Below, in pieces: positions 1 to 9,511 of a DNA stretch of 64,000 nucleotides. The position numbers and the translations under genes are program-made. Positions within the stretch are counted from its first letter, which is position 1, and each line of letters opens with the position of its first letter. The stretch is from sequence record NC_027399.1, one strand, 5' to 3'. The notes below the pieces were generated by a model. The model was not told the DNA's origin and did no database searches. It saw only the letters and a list, made by a program, of their open reading frames with translations.

Positions 1-1
1 T

Positions 2-391
2 AATTCAGATCGTCATGAAACAGTACTTGCAGTACAGAAATATATTGAAAGCAATCTTCACAAACCGGTTTGGTGTATGGTAAGCACTGAAGAACAACTT
101 GGAATTACTTTTGGTAGTGAAGATGGTTATGTTGCACAATTGATTATGGATTTTAGTACTGAAGAAAAATTCATTTCTTATCGTGATAAAATTTATCAAG
201 CACTATTACGCAGTGGTATCAGTGAAGATCAAGTACCAGAAATTGCACCAATGAAAGATTTTTTCCTTATCCCAAGTGATGAAAAATATGATGCAATGTT
301 TTATAAAATGAATGTGCCAGGTGTTATTGTTGAACATTTTGATGATGATAATACTGAGTGGTTGGACTTGGGTGATGACGAAGACTATTGA
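2..391 (+). CDS. Hypothetical protein, probably 5'-partial
   Basis: The frame is open from nt 2 to the stop at 391; acidic C-terminus. Confidence 0.7.
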   Translation, partial: NSDRHETVLAVQKYIESNLHKPVWCMVSTEEQLGITFGSEDGYVAQLIMDFSTEEKFISYRDKIYQALLRSGISEDQVPEIAPMKDFFLIPSDEKYDAMFYKMNVPGVIVEHFDDDNTEWLDLGDDEDY

Positions 392-539
392 TGATTTTTA
401 TTGCTTTATAGAAAATACAACTGCACTATTAGAGTATTTTGACAATACTCCTTATCATAAAATATTAGTGCAGGTTTATGATGATCTTTTTTATGAATAT
501 GGTAACTATTTTGATTGGTTCGCACATCTTAGTACATAA
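375..539 (+). CDS. Small hypothetical protein
   Basis: ATG at 375 (MTKTIDDF...) overlaps the end of the previous gene. Confidence 0.5.
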   Translation: MTKTIDDFYCFIENTTALLEYFDNTPYHKILVQVYDDLFYEYGNYFDWFAHLST

Positions 540-804
540 CTTTTTATTACTTCTTAATAACAAAATACAAATTAACTATATTTTCAGAGATGATCCTTTA
601 TATAAAAATGAAATCTCTGATATATACAAGAATATGACAACTGAAATCTATCATTATTACATGAATAAAAAATTCAAGTGCTATTATATCAAAGGAATTG
701 TAAAACCAGCAAGGTTATATATATGCACTAAAAATGATATGGTGAGTAAAGTTATAGATATCAAAGATTTAAAAGATGAGGTTCTTAGGGATGAGTGGTG
801 TTGA
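478..804 (+). CDS. Hypothetical protein (start uncertain)
   Basis: ORF track; tightly packed with neighbours. Confidence 0.55.
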   Translation: MMIFFMNMVTILIGSHILVHNFLLLLNNKIQINYIFRDDPLYKNEISDIYKNMTTEIYHYYMNKKFKCYYIKGIVKPARLYICTKNDMVSKVIDIKDLKDEVLRDEWC

Positions 805-1108
805 ATGTGTGAAAAAGAAAATCGAATTTATACAAATGACATGTAAGGTAATTTTCGATTTAGCACACAGTAACAACATGCCAACAGCATTTAAAGAAGT
901 ACTATTATTAAGTACTGAGATTATTTTTGAAGAATATTTCAGTACTAAATTGTATTTATATTATGGTAATTTTTGCAAAATTCACGGCTTTACTATAAGT
1001 AGTTCAAATGGAAGTGTTTATATTTTAACTTCATTTGGTCATTTCGAATTAACAGAAAGTGCTGTAAAAAATTTATATGAATATCCATCAAAAATGAGAG
1101 TAAATTAA
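776..1108 (+). CDS. Hypothetical protein (start may be 791)
   Basis: ORF track; the stop overlaps the next ATG. Confidence 0.6.
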   Translation: MRFLGMSGVECVKKKIEFIQMTCKVIFDLAHSNNMPTAFKEVLLLSTEIIFEEYFSTKLYLYYGNFCKIHGFTISSSNGSVYILTSFGHFELTESAVKNLYEYPSKMRVN

Positions 1109-1308
1109 TGAAAAAATGTTCGTGTTGTGGATCTACTCAAATTGCACGTTTTCGATTAGATTCTGATTGGGCCGTTGGTTGTGGTGATTTCTACCCAGTT
1201 AATGATGATTCAGAATATACTGAAGAACAACTGAAAGATTTTGATAATAGTTGGAGACCAGATTTTGAGTTTCTATATTGTTTGAATTGTAATTCGGTAC
1301 AGGAATGA
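1108..1308 (+). CDS. Small Zn-ribbon protein
   Basis: CSCC at the N-terminus and CLNC at the C-terminus; coupled to neighbours. Confidence 0.65.
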   Translation: MKKCSCCGSTQIARFRLDSDWAVGCGDFYPVNDDSEYTEEQLKDFDNSWRPDFEFLYCLNCNSVQE

Positions 1309-1574
1309 TTAAACCACATTATCATTGTATTCACTACTTAGGAACGACTATTTGTAATGAATTTACGAAAAATAAACATCATCAATTCAGTACTGTAATA
1401 CGTGATATATTGTTATACATTGAAAAAGAATTAACATTATTTTATAAAAATACCGTATATACTTATTGTAATAAAAAGTACAAAATACTCAATTTATCAT
1501 TTGATGATAGAGGATTTTTATATGTAATGAGTACTGAATATTATACTCATTTGGTTCTGCATACGGATTTATAA
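1305..1574 (+). CDS. Hypothetical protein, small paralogue family
   Basis: ATGA overlap; about 90 aa, helix then beta-rich half. Confidence 0.65.
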   Translation: MIKPHYHCIHYLGTTICNEFTKNKHHQFSTVIRDILLYIEKELTLFYKNTVYTYCNKKYKILNLSFDDRGFLYVMSTEYYTHLVLHTDL

Positions 1575-1843
1575 TGAACAAACAATTATTATACTGTAAA
1601 GTGGTTTATTACTTGACTAATTCAGTACTGAATATGAATAACACACATTTTAACTATTCACTATGTATTAGAAGTATTTTAGATAACATAGAAGATGAAC
1701 TAAATGTGTTATATACTGGAAAAACATTCACAAAAAACAATATCCGACACAAATGTAATGGTATTGTTATAACATATGGGCGTATATTTGCTTTATACGG
1801 TATACGTTACACTTGCTATTTTCATAGGGCTAAATTTAAATGA
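1574..1843 (+). CDS. Hypothetical protein, small paralogue family
   Basis: TAATG coupling; resembles 1305..1574 (IRxIL..IE.EL..LY....T). Confidence 0.65.
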   Translation: MNKQLLYCKVVYYLTNSVLNMNNTHFNYSLCIRSILDNIEDELNVLYTGKTFTKNNIRHKCNGIVITYGRIFALYGIRYTCYFHRAKFK

Positions 1844-2457
1844 AAACAGATTATTCAAAACTAAGAACAAAACTTTATGGAATTATAGAGGGGCTATCTC
1901 TAATCGATCCAAAGTACTATGAATTGCGTCGTTTACTTGCATTCGCCGAACAATATCATTGTAATACACGAAAAGATGGTTCTGAAGAATTCTCTCATCA
2001 ATTACAAATGCTTGGATTGGCTCTTACGCTTCATGAATCGATGTGTAAGCCGTTTGAAGTATACATGGCAATTGTATCTCATGATTTAATCGAAGACTAT
2101 CCAGAAGCTTCTGAAACGCTTGAGATGTTATTCCCTGATGTAATCCAATATAGTCGCAAACTGGCTAAATTTAAAGATTCAAATACTGATGAAGATTCGT
2201 ACTATGGATACTTTAATCAGCTTTCTAATTGTCAAGTATGTTCAATTGTAAAACTCGTAGATAGAGTGCACAATTTGAGTACCGCACCTGGTGTATTCAG
2301 TACTGAAAAAATTATAAGTTATTGTGATGAAACTGATAAGTATTTCTTTGATATGATAAAAAAATCCAAAGTTATGTTCAATCAACGTTCAGCATATGAA
2401 GTTCTAAAATTCATGTTGAATACCGAAGTCAGTACTATCAGGAATTTATTAAAATGA
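1840..2457 (+). CDS. RelA/SpoT-type HD-domain hydrolase (stand-alone small alarmone hydrolase-like)
   Basis: AEQYH..TRKDG...H, SHDLIED and VKLVDRVHNL match the HD motifs of SpoT/Mesh1. Confidence 0.8.
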   Translation: MKTDYSKLRTKLYGIIEGLSLIDPKYYELRRLLAFAEQYHCNTRKDGSEEFSHQLQMLGLALTLHESMCKPFEVYMAIVSHDLIEDYPEASETLEMLFPDVIQYSRKLAKFKDSNTDEDSYYGYFNQLSNCQVCSIVKLVDRVHNLSTAPGVFSTEKIISYCDETDKYFFDMIKKSKVMFNQRSAYEVLKFMLNTEVSTIRNLLK

Positions 2458-2660
2458 AAATAGTTTTAGAATTTGCATTTATTATTTTTGGTTTCATTTG
2501 GTTCACTGCTATTTCAATTTTTGCTGGATATCTCATTATTAAACCGGATATGTTGATTTTCTACTGGATTTTGACTTTAATTGCATTCATCAGTGTTGTC
2601 TATTTGTCTTATAAACTGGTATATCTATATGCAGATGAAATCAAAAAATATAACACTTAG
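2454..2660 (+). CDS. Small two-TM membrane protein
   Basis: Two hydrophobic segments. Confidence 0.7.
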   Translation: MKIVLEFAFIIFGFIWFTAISIFAGYLIIKPDMLIFYWILTLIAFISVVYLSYKLVYLYADEIKKYNT

Positions 2661-2693
2661 TTGGTTTTATGTTGAAAAGATTTAAAATCGATA

Positions 2694-2723
2694 TTGAATA
2701 AACATTTCTCCTTGTGATATAAT
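2694..2723 (+). promoter_or_regulatory. Sigma70-type early promoter (extended -10)
   Basis: TTGAAT-18-TATAAT with TGn; upstream of SD AAGGAG and ATG 2768. Confidence 0.7.
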
Positions 2724-2767
2724 ACTATATGTAAAAGGATTTTACATAAGCACAAGGAGAGTCAAAG

Positions 2768-3496
2768 ATGATAGATAATTTAGCATTTGCATCCGAAATG
2801 GCTAATCAGTTGAACATGAGTAATTTTCAGAGTCTTACACCAGTGATGGCGGAATATGCTGTTGCTCATGCCACCTGTGGTGAACAAGTTGGATCAGCAA
2901 ATTTATTAGCTGATGTATTCAGTACTGTACAAAGTACCCAATACAGTGTTAAAATGTATAGGGATAAGTTTGTACAGTTGTATATGCTTGATGTAATAAA
3001 AGAAGAACCAGAATGGACTGATTTTATTATTGAACGTAGGATTAGTGGTGTTTCTAATCCAGATAAAGATGCAGTACAAGTATTTGATGAAATACTTCAA
3101 GATGTATATAGTAATGAACAAAAAAGTCTAAATCAATACAATGTACGTTCTACCAAGACAGTGCTCGTGGGATTTGATGAAGATGAAGAATATTACTATT
3201 TTCGTTGTACTGAAGTAGATTTTAAATACGAAACTCCCAGTACAGTTAAAGTTAAAGAATTTACTGAAAAGAGTAAAAACTTCAAAAAACATTCTTCTAA
3301 TATTAGTAATATAGTTGGTTATAATAAAGATGGTATTGACATATATCAATGGGTACACCCAAATAACTCAACTTATACCAGATGTTTAAAGAAACGTTAT
3401 AATTTAAAACAAGAAGAATCATTTTATTTTAAGATAAAGAAGCATTCCTATCAACGACCTGATGAATCAGTGTTACTTGGTATGATTTACTTCTGA
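2768..3496 (+). CDS. Hypothetical protein, monocistronic
   Basis: 242 aa, strong SD, own promoter and terminator. Confidence 0.8.
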   Translation: MIDNLAFASEMANQLNMSNFQSLTPVMAEYAVAHATCGEQVGSANLLADVFSTVQSTQYSVKMYRDKFVQLYMLDVIKEEPEWTDFIIERRISGVSNPDKDAVQVFDEILQDVYSNEQKSLNQYNVRSTKTVLVGFDEDEEYYYFRCTEVDFKYETPSTVKVKEFTEKSKNFKKHSSNISNIVGYNKDGIDIYQWVHPNNSTYTRCLKKRYNLKQEESFYFKIKKHSYQRPDESVLLGMIYF

Positions 3497-3504
3497 TTTT
3501 AGTC

Positions 3505-3537
3505 GTCCAGTACAATATAAGTACTGGACATTTTTTT
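3505..3537 (+). terminator. Rho-independent terminator
   Basis: GTCCAGTAC-aatataa-GTACTGGAC followed by a T7 run. Confidence 0.8.
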
Positions 3538-3547
3538 AAGGTAAAAA

Positions 3548-3826
3548 ATGAATATATTACAAAAAGTTAATCTATTTGGAAAAGCGTATACAAATGCTTT
3601 TTATGGTATTGATAAACGTTATGAATATGCTAATTTTTTAAATAGAGAAATTGAATTTAGTGGAATGAATAGGTTATTGTCTGGTAAACGTGTAACTATT
3701 GTTTTTAATGGTTATCAGGGATATATTAATCAAATTCGTCATCTAGATGAGAAAATTTTTGCATACGTTTATACTAATAATGGAAATTTATTGATTAATT
3801 TATCTTTTTTGGAATTGATTGAATGA
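3548..3826 (+). CDS. Hypothetical protein, small paralogue family
   Basis: SD AAGGT; LSGKRV...GYINQI pattern. Confidence 0.65.
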   Translation: MNILQKVNLFGKAYTNAFYGIDKRYEYANFLNREIEFSGMNRLLSGKRVTIVFNGYQGYINQIRHLDEKIFAYVYTNNGNLLINLSFLELIE

Positions 3827-4107
3827 AATTAATAGACCAAGTTATTCTTTATAAGAAAGTATTTGATTATATGGAAGATTTTCTTGATGGTACACATTAT
3901 GAATGTTGCATTTATGTTACATGGAAAAAGAATGTAATGGAAATAGAAAAAGCTACCATTTCTAAAATAGTGCGTATAAAAAGCCTTGATACTATTGGTA
4001 CTATTATTGAACTTAATATAGGAAGATATTTTGCATTTTTTGGTGTAAAAGTACCTGAAAACGATTTTGCTCTTATAATTTCATTAGATGATATTGAGTT
4101 TCTTTGA
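3823..4107 (+). CDS. Hypothetical protein, small paralogue family
   Basis: ATGA overlap; GTIIEL; ends LDDIEFL. Confidence 0.65.
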   Translation: MKLIDQVILYKKVFDYMEDFLDGTHYECCIYVTWKKNVMEIEKATISKIVRIKSLDTIGTIIELNIGRYFAFFGVKVPENDFALIISLDDIEFL

Positions 4108-4136
4108 GTTTTATCTATTTGGTAATATAAAATATT

Positions 4137-4448
4137 ATGGATAAATTACACAAAGCAGTATTATTTTTAAAAGCATATAGCTATGAGTACTTACAAAGTC
4201 ATGGAAAATGGAATGGTAGTTATAAGGATTTATATTCATCTGTTTTTCTTAATGAAGTAAATCTTGTGATATCAGAAGTACAAAAATTATATGAAAGAAA
4301 ACTTGTGCATACGAGATTTGGTATTGGAATTATTATTAGTATATTTTGCTTCACATACGGTTCCTTTTTAGTCGCAATAGAAACAATAGTAGAAGGCAAA
4401 CCACAAACAATAGTATTAGAATTAAGTGAGATATATCTGGATGAATGA
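4137..4448 (+). CDS. Hypothetical protein, small paralogue family
   Basis: RKLVHTRFGIGIIISI, SH3/KOW-like. Confidence 0.65.
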   Translation: MDKLHKAVLFLKAYSYEYLQSHGKWNGSYKDLYSSVFLNEVNLVISEVQKLYERKLVHTRFGIGIIISIFCFTYGSFLVAIETIVEGKPQTIVLELSEIYLDE

Positions 4449-4713
4449 ACATTTTAATAGAATACAATTAATCACCCAACTTCTACAAATGGTTGATGAC
4501 ACATTTGATGAATTAAAAAATAATCTTATGAATAAGAAAATCAAATGTAAGGTATATATGAATGATGGTGATTATTTCGATATGCGAGAAGTTGAAGTAA
4601 CTGGAATTGTTACTAATATTACTTTATATGAATATGATCTAACTATTACAGTGAAAATCGACGAAGGTCGTGAATATTACGTTTGTAATCAACATATTGA
4701 GGTGGTTGAATGA
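4441..4713 (+). CDS. Hypothetical protein, small paralogue family
   Basis: LMNKKI...GIVTNI; ATGA overlap into the ligase. Confidence 0.65.
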   Translation: MNEHFNRIQLITQLLQMVDDTFDELKNNLMNKKIKCKVYMNDGDYFDMREVEVTGIVTNITLYEYDLTITVKIDEGREYYVCNQHIEVVE

Positions 4714-5855
4714 GTTTAGTAGAAATCTATAATGATTTAATGAATTTAGTACAAAATAATGAAGCATTTGAATATAAAGATCAGCGTTCAATTGGTGGTG
4801 GTTTGTATAGAATCTTTTCTTATCGAATGGCCTCATATACTGATTTCTGTGAACCTAATGCCAAAGAAACACGAGGTTCAATGTGGGAAATCAATGAAGA
4901 TGGTACTATGATTCGTTGTGCAGCCCGTACTATGAATAAATTTTTTAACGCATATGAAAACCCATTCACAATGTTTGATAAAAATATGCTTAGTACTGAA
5001 ATTGAAGTGGCGATGGATAAACGAGACGGTTCTATTATCAGTACTTTCAAGGATAATGACGGAATTATTCGTTGTAAATCTCACACTTCTCTATCTTCAG
5101 AACACGCAATTAATAGTAATGCTATCATGCGTCCTGGTTCTAGTTTATATCAATACGTAGAAGAAGCTGAACTTCAACAATATACCGTGAACCTCGAATA
5201 TACTTCACCTGAATATCGTATTGTATTGCCATATCAGAGCGAGAAACTGACTGTATTGAACGTTCGTCATCGAATCACTGGTGAACTACTGTGTGGTGAA
5301 AAACTGCGTCAGAAGTTTCCTATGCTCGCTATGCGTAGCACTAATATGATAAATGGTCAGAACATTGCAAGTAATTTTCCAATGCGTACTACAGTACTTG
5401 AAACGGTGGAAGCAGTAAAAGGAATGCGAGACATTGAAGGATTTGTGGCAGTACTGAAAGATGGCACAATGTTTAAAATTAAAACAGATTGGTACTGTGC
5501 TTTGCATTTCAATAAGGATAGTATTAATGTTGATTCTAGACTTTACGAATCAGTGCTACAAGGTGCAAGTGATGATTTAAGGCAAATGTTCTCTAATGAT
5601 CAGTATTGTCTTGATAAGATTAAAAGGATGGAAGATTTAGTATTCAGTACTTATAATTCTTTTGAAAAATTTGTTAATGATTTTTACAATGAATTTAAAC
5701 ATTTAGAACGCAAAGAATATGCACTAAAAGTACAGAAACTTCTACCAAAAGAATTAAATCATCAGGGTTATGCTTTCTCTTTGTATAACAATAAACCGTT
5801 TGATTTAAAGGAAAACATGATCAAATACAGCAAAGAAGTATTAAAAGATTTCTAA
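4710..5855 (+). CDS. rnlA: RNA ligase 1 (T4 Rnl1 family)
   Basis: Motif I KRDGS; EGFVAVLKDGTMFKIKTDWY matches T4 Rnl1 motifs IV/V; RTMNKFFN. Confidence 0.92.
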   Translation: MSLVEIYNDLMNLVQNNEAFEYKDQRSIGGGLYRIFSYRMASYTDFCEPNAKETRGSMWEINEDGTMIRCAARTMNKFFNAYENPFTMFDKNMLSTEIEVAMDKRDGSIISTFKDNDGIIRCKSHTSLSSEHAINSNAIMRPGSSLYQYVEEAELQQYTVNLEYTSPEYRIVLPYQSEKLTVLNVRHRITGELLCGEKLRQKFPMLAMRSTNMINGQNIASNFPMRTTVLETVEAVKGMRDIEGFVAVLKDGTMFKIKTDWYCALHFNKDSINVDSRLYESVLQGASDDLRQMFSNDQYCLDKIKRMEDLVFSTYNSFEKFVNDFYNEFKHLERKEYALKVQKLLPKELNHQGYAFSLYNNKPFDLKENMIKYSKEVLKDF

Positions 5856-5867
5856 TAAGGACACCAA

Positions 5868-6041
5868 ATGAAGAAAAGGAATTCGTGGAGTACTCCTGAA
5901 GAATATAGGAAGATTCAGTGTTATTTTGATACAATACACAAAGAAAAATCCAGTTCAGGAGTACGAAAAAACAGAAATAAAATTAATACTAAAAAGAAAG
6001 AACGTATATATTCTTTAGAACGTCATACAAGAGAAGCTTAA
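5868..6041 (+). CDS. Small basic hypothetical protein (57 aa, not in ORF track)
   Basis: SD AAGGA, ATG 5868, MKKRNSWSTPEEY...REA*. Confidence 0.55.
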   Translation: MKKRNSWSTPEEYRKIQCYFDTIHKEKSSSGVRKNRNKINTKKKERIYSLERHTREA

Positions 6042-6054
6042 ACGGGAGATTATT

Positions 6055-6267
6055 ATGAAAGTACAAATTCAGCACAGTATTGTTCAAGACATGTCAGTGA
6101 TTAAATTTAACAATCTTCATGATTTTTTTAGATGCATTGACTTTCTCGATAATTCATGTTTAGAATATGATATGATAAAATACAGTTCAGTTCTTGATAC
6201 TGCCAGTATCAGAGTGAATGAATTGGTACTACATAAATTTAGCAAACGTTTCGGGATTGGGAAATGA
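6055..6267 (+). CDS. Hypothetical protein
   Basis: SD GGGAG; ATGA overlap downstream. Confidence 0.65.
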   Translation: MKVQIQHSIVQDMSVIKFNNLHDFFRCIDFLDNSCLEYDMIKYSSVLDTASIRVNELVLHKFSKRFGIGK

Positions 6268-6530
6268 TTATGTATGAAAAATTTATATCAACTAAAGAAA
6301 TGCTTCATAGGTTGATTGACGACACTGACAAAGAAATTATAAGGTATTACACTGGAAAAAAAGTACAAATTTCTGCTGAACTCCTTGAGGAACTCGAATT
6401 GGAATCAGAGGATGATATTGTATGGACTATATATGCAGTCACTGTATTCGATGATTGCCTATTTTTTGATGTAGAGCACGGTGATGATGACTTACAAGAT
6501 TTAGAAATAGATGATCTTATATTTCTTTGA
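6264..6530 (+). CDS. Acidic hypothetical protein, small paralogue family
   Basis: YTGKKV...TIYAV; ends IDDLIFL. Confidence 0.65.
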   Translation: MIMYEKFISTKEMLHRLIDDTDKEIIRYYTGKKVQISAELLEELELESEDDIVWTIYAVTVFDDCLFFDVEHGDDDLQDLEIDDLIFL

Positions 6531-6805
6531 GAATAAAAATGAATACAGAACAAGCTATTAGTACTATTGAAAATTTAAATAACACTTTAGTAATTCTTGA
6601 AAAAATTAAGTTAGATGTTGAATATCAAGTACAAAGTTTATTTTTGAATAAGAAAGCATTATTTAAGGATGGCACAGAAGGATATATTGTCGAGTTGTTT
6701 TCTGAAAATGTAAATCTACCTTATGATTTTCAATTTCTTGTTCGTTCAGAAGGTGGATACCTAGATTATATATATGAGGTAAAAGATTTTGTGCAATTCA
6801 TCTAA
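6527..6805 (+). CDS. Hypothetical protein, small paralogue family
   Basis: FLNKKALF..GTEGYIVEL. Confidence 0.65.
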   Translation: MRIKMNTEQAISTIENLNNTLVILEKIKLDVEYQVQSLFLNKKALFKDGTEGYIVELFSENVNLPYDFQFLVRSEGGYLDYIYEVKDFVQFI

Positions 6806-7031
6806 AATAATTAAGCAGTACGAACAATACGTAACTATGCTTGAAACCATGAATGCGGAATTAGAAGTTTCTGCATTTAATTCTGTACATAGATACTTTA
6901 TAAATCGTCCAGTGTTATATAAAAACAATGAATATAAAATTCAAAATGTATTCAGAGATGAAGAAAGTACCATAATTTTCCTACTGTATAATAATATATA
7001 TGTGGATTATACTGAAGTAACGTTTATTTAA
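6789..7031 (+). CDS. Hypothetical protein, small paralogue family
   Basis: FINRPVLY...YKIQNV; ends VTFI. Confidence 0.6.
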   Translation: MCNSSKIIKQYEQYVTMLETMNAELEVSAFNSVHRYFINRPVLYKNNEYKIQNVFRDEESTIIFLLYNNIYVDYTEVTFI

Positions 7032-7042
7032 AGGACATAATA

Positions 7043-7987
7043 ATGCCAACAATCACATTAACAGTTGGACTTCCCGGATGTGGCAAGACTACATGGGCTG
7101 TTGAAGAAGTTCGAAGATCTAAAAGTAAAACAGTAAACATCAACCGTGATGATATGCGAGAAAGCATGGCTGGTTCTCATGAGAATTATAAGTTCAAAGA
7201 TGATAATGAGAAGTACATAGACGCTATGCAAATTGCAGCAGCAGATACAGCAGCAAAGAATAAGTGGAATATTATTATTTCAGATACCAACCTAAAGTTA
7301 TCTATCCGAAAGAAATGGAAAGATTGGGCTAAAGCCAATGGCTATGATTACAAAGAAAAGAATTTCTTTGATGACTTTGTAGCAAAAAGTACTTCAGGTG
7401 CAGATGTTCATCAGTACTTTAAAATTAAAGAATTTGTTAAACAATGCAAATACTATAATTTACTTCGATATAAATCAGTACCGGAATCGGTAATTGATAC
7501 AATGGCAGATTCTTATTTGTATAGTACTATGCCAGTTCCTTCTATTCAGAAAGATTCGATGTACGATTTTAGTACTGAATATATCATTGTTGATATTGAT
7601 GGTACTTTAGCACATAGGGGAAATCGCAACCCATATGATGAAAGTACTGTACTGGAAGATACACCAGATCTTGAAGTTATTCGTTCAGTACTTGCTGAAG
7701 TGAACCATCATAAACGAAAGGTTATTATCATGAGTGGTCGTCATGAAACTTGTGCAAAAGACACTCGTTTGTGGCTTCATGAAAATGGAGTTCCATTTGA
7801 ATATCTTTTTATGCGTTCAGAAAATGATAATCGCCCTGATGATGTGGTAAAATATGAATTGTACATGAAACATGTTGCACCATATTATAATGTTGTTAAA
7901 GTTTATGATGACCGACAACAAGTGTGTACGATGTGGCGTAAATTACTGAAATTGAAAGTTTTTCAAGTTGATTTTGGTAATTTTTGA
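7043..7987 (+). CDS. pseT: Polynucleotide 5'-kinase / 3'-phosphatase
   Basis: P-loop GLPGCGKTT, RDDMR, HAD motif DIDGTL, SGR and DDR, in the T4 PseT layout. Confidence 0.93.
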   Translation: MPTITLTVGLPGCGKTTWAVEEVRRSKSKTVNINRDDMRESMAGSHENYKFKDDNEKYIDAMQIAAADTAAKNKWNIIISDTNLKLSIRKKWKDWAKANGYDYKEKNFFDDFVAKSTSGADVHQYFKIKEFVKQCKYYNLLRYKSVPESVIDTMADSYLYSTMPVPSIQKDSMYDFSTEYIIVDIDGTLAHRGNRNPYDESTVLEDTPDLEVIRSVLAEVNHHKRKVIIMSGRHETCAKDTRLWLHENGVPFEYLFMRSENDNRPDDVVKYELYMKHVAPYYNVVKVYDDRQQVCTMWRKLLKLKVFQVDFGNF

Positions 7988-7995
7988 TAATTATT

Positions 7996-8028
7996 GAAGG
8001 GGAACACTTGATCCCCTTCTTTTCTTTT
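7996..8028 (+). terminator. Rho-independent terminator
   Basis: GAAGGGGA-8-TCCCCTTC followed by a T-rich tail. Confidence 0.8.
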
Positions 8029-8098
8029 GTTAAAATAGAAATACAAATAGAAAAATAACATTCATCTAGATTCAGTAGTTGGGCTTGGGGATAAGAAA

Positions 8099-8365
8099 AT
8101 GAGACAATTTTATGAACACTGGAAAATGTTGTTTAATAGTACAGAGTCGTTGTACTGGAATAGATATTATTCCGTTTGTATCAATGAATTGTATAATCAT
8201 TTTTTATATGAAGCTACTTCATCATTAAAAGGACAAACAGTTCAACACAACGTACTCGGCGAATGTAGAATTACAAGAGTTTATTCTTTTTATGATGATG
8301 AATTATTTTGTACAATATATTCGAATTTATACAGAATGGATGTAAAATTGCGAGATTTAATTTAA
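8099..8365 (+). CDS. Hypothetical protein, small paralogue family
   Basis: LKGQTVQHNVLGECRITRVY. Confidence 0.65.
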   Translation: MRQFYEHWKMLFNSTESLYWNRYYSVCINELYNHFLYEATSSLKGQTVQHNVLGECRITRVYSFYDDELFCTIYSNLYRMDVKLRDLI

Positions 8366-8667
8366 TGAATTTATCAGAATGTGTAAAATTGACTAAATTT
8401 TTAGATTCAGTGAATGATCGTATGTTTGAGGAATTTTGTGATAATTCTGAATATTTAAATATAGTAATGGGTATTTTTCATAAACATCTAAATTTGTATA
8501 TTGATGAACTGAATAAAAAACTAAAAAACAGAGAACTTTTCGTGTATGGTTTAGGTTACTGTGTAATTTATGATGTTTATCGTTCGATACGCGGTGAATT
8601 AAAATGTACAGTAACATTTGAAAATGATTATCATAATGTCTATATGAAATACTCAAAACTCGTATGA
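8365..8667 (+). CDS. Hypothetical protein, small paralogue family
   Basis: TAATG coupling gives start 8365; LKNRELFVYGLGYCVIYDVY. Confidence 0.65.
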   Translation: MNLSECVKLTKFLDSVNDRMFEEFCDNSEYLNIVMGIFHKHLNLYIDELNKKLKNRELFVYGLGYCVIYDVYRSIRGELKCTVTFENDYHNVYMKYSKLV

Positions 8668-8957
8668 ATAAAATAAAGTCACTTGATATTGTTTATACCC
8701 TATTTTATATCAAAGATCATACAGATGACTCTTTTTATAAAGTTATAGTCGATTATACAGAGAATTTAATACAAGAACTTAATACAATACTTATTGGTAG
8801 TGACTGTATTGTTAAACCATCTGGTGTTGAATTCAAAGCTACAATTGATTCAATATTGTTTAGTTCTATTTCTGGTTTAGTATATAAAGTGACTGAAAAT
8901 ACTAAATCATTTTATAGTTATCGTTATGTTAATCCATTAAAAATTGAGTTCTTATGA
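8664..8957 (+). CDS. Hypothetical protein, small paralogue family
   Basis: LIGSDCIV...ATIDSI; ends KIEFL. Confidence 0.65.
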   Translation: MNKIKSLDIVYTLFYIKDHTDDSFYKVIVDYTENLIQELNTILIGSDCIVKPSGVEFKATIDSILFSSISGLVYKVTENTKSFYSYRYVNPLKIEFL

Positions 8958-9229
8958 AATCACTCAAAGAAGATATTAATTTCAAATTATTATCAGTACT
9001 GAAAGAACATACTATTTATAACCAAATATGTCAAGATTTACTTAATTCAATATATTATAATAAAATTACCAAATATGTTGATAGTAAATGTTATTTTATC
9101 CATGACAAAGAAAAAGTATGCTCAACCATAAATGGGTTTTATGTATCAAAAAACGGTGATGTTTTATGTTATTTGTATCATAATAAAACATACAATTTTA
9201 TAGAATTAAAGGATGTATATATTGAATAG
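8954..9229 (+). CDS. Hypothetical protein, small paralogue family
   Basis: YVDSKCYF...STINGF; ends LKDVYIE. Confidence 0.65.
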   Translation: MKSLKEDINFKLLSVLKEHTIYNQICQDLLNSIYYNKITKYVDSKCYFIHDKEKVCSTINGFYVSKNGDVLCYLYHNKTYNFIELKDVYIE

Positions 9230-9371
9230 TATTCAGGATGATATAGAAAGGAGAATATACTTCATTGTAGTGTGTTATAAAAGAAAATACACTACGCAGT
9301 ACTATAATTTCTGGAATGCAAGATTAAATTTAGAAATTAAAAACATATTATACTATCAGAGGATATTGTGA
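9222..9371 (+). CDS. Small hypothetical protein (49 aa, TTG start)
   Basis: SD AAGGA; the stop TGA overlaps ATG 9371. Confidence 0.45.
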   Translation: MNSIQDDIERRIYFIVVCYKRKYTTQYYNFWNARLNLEIKNILYYQRIL

Positions 9372-9511
9372 TGGATTCTTATTTAGATGAATTGATTGCT
9401 GATTTACTAGTTTCTTCAGTACTATCACGTCGCGGCGAACAAAAAGAACGCAAATATAATAAAGAAAAATTTGATGATTATTTGCGTGGTTTTCTGGGAA
9501 GATTCAGATGA
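9371..9511 (+). CDS. Small hypothetical protein (46 aa)
   Basis: SD GAGGA; ATGA overlap with 9508. Confidence 0.5.
   Translation: MDSYLDELIADLLVSSVLSRRGEQKERKYNKEKFDDYLRGFLGRFR

Noticed and set aside
9222-9371. Suspected frameshift in a small ORF
   Set aside because: Codon-by-codon recount shows one intact 49-aa frame from TTG 9222 to TGA 9371.
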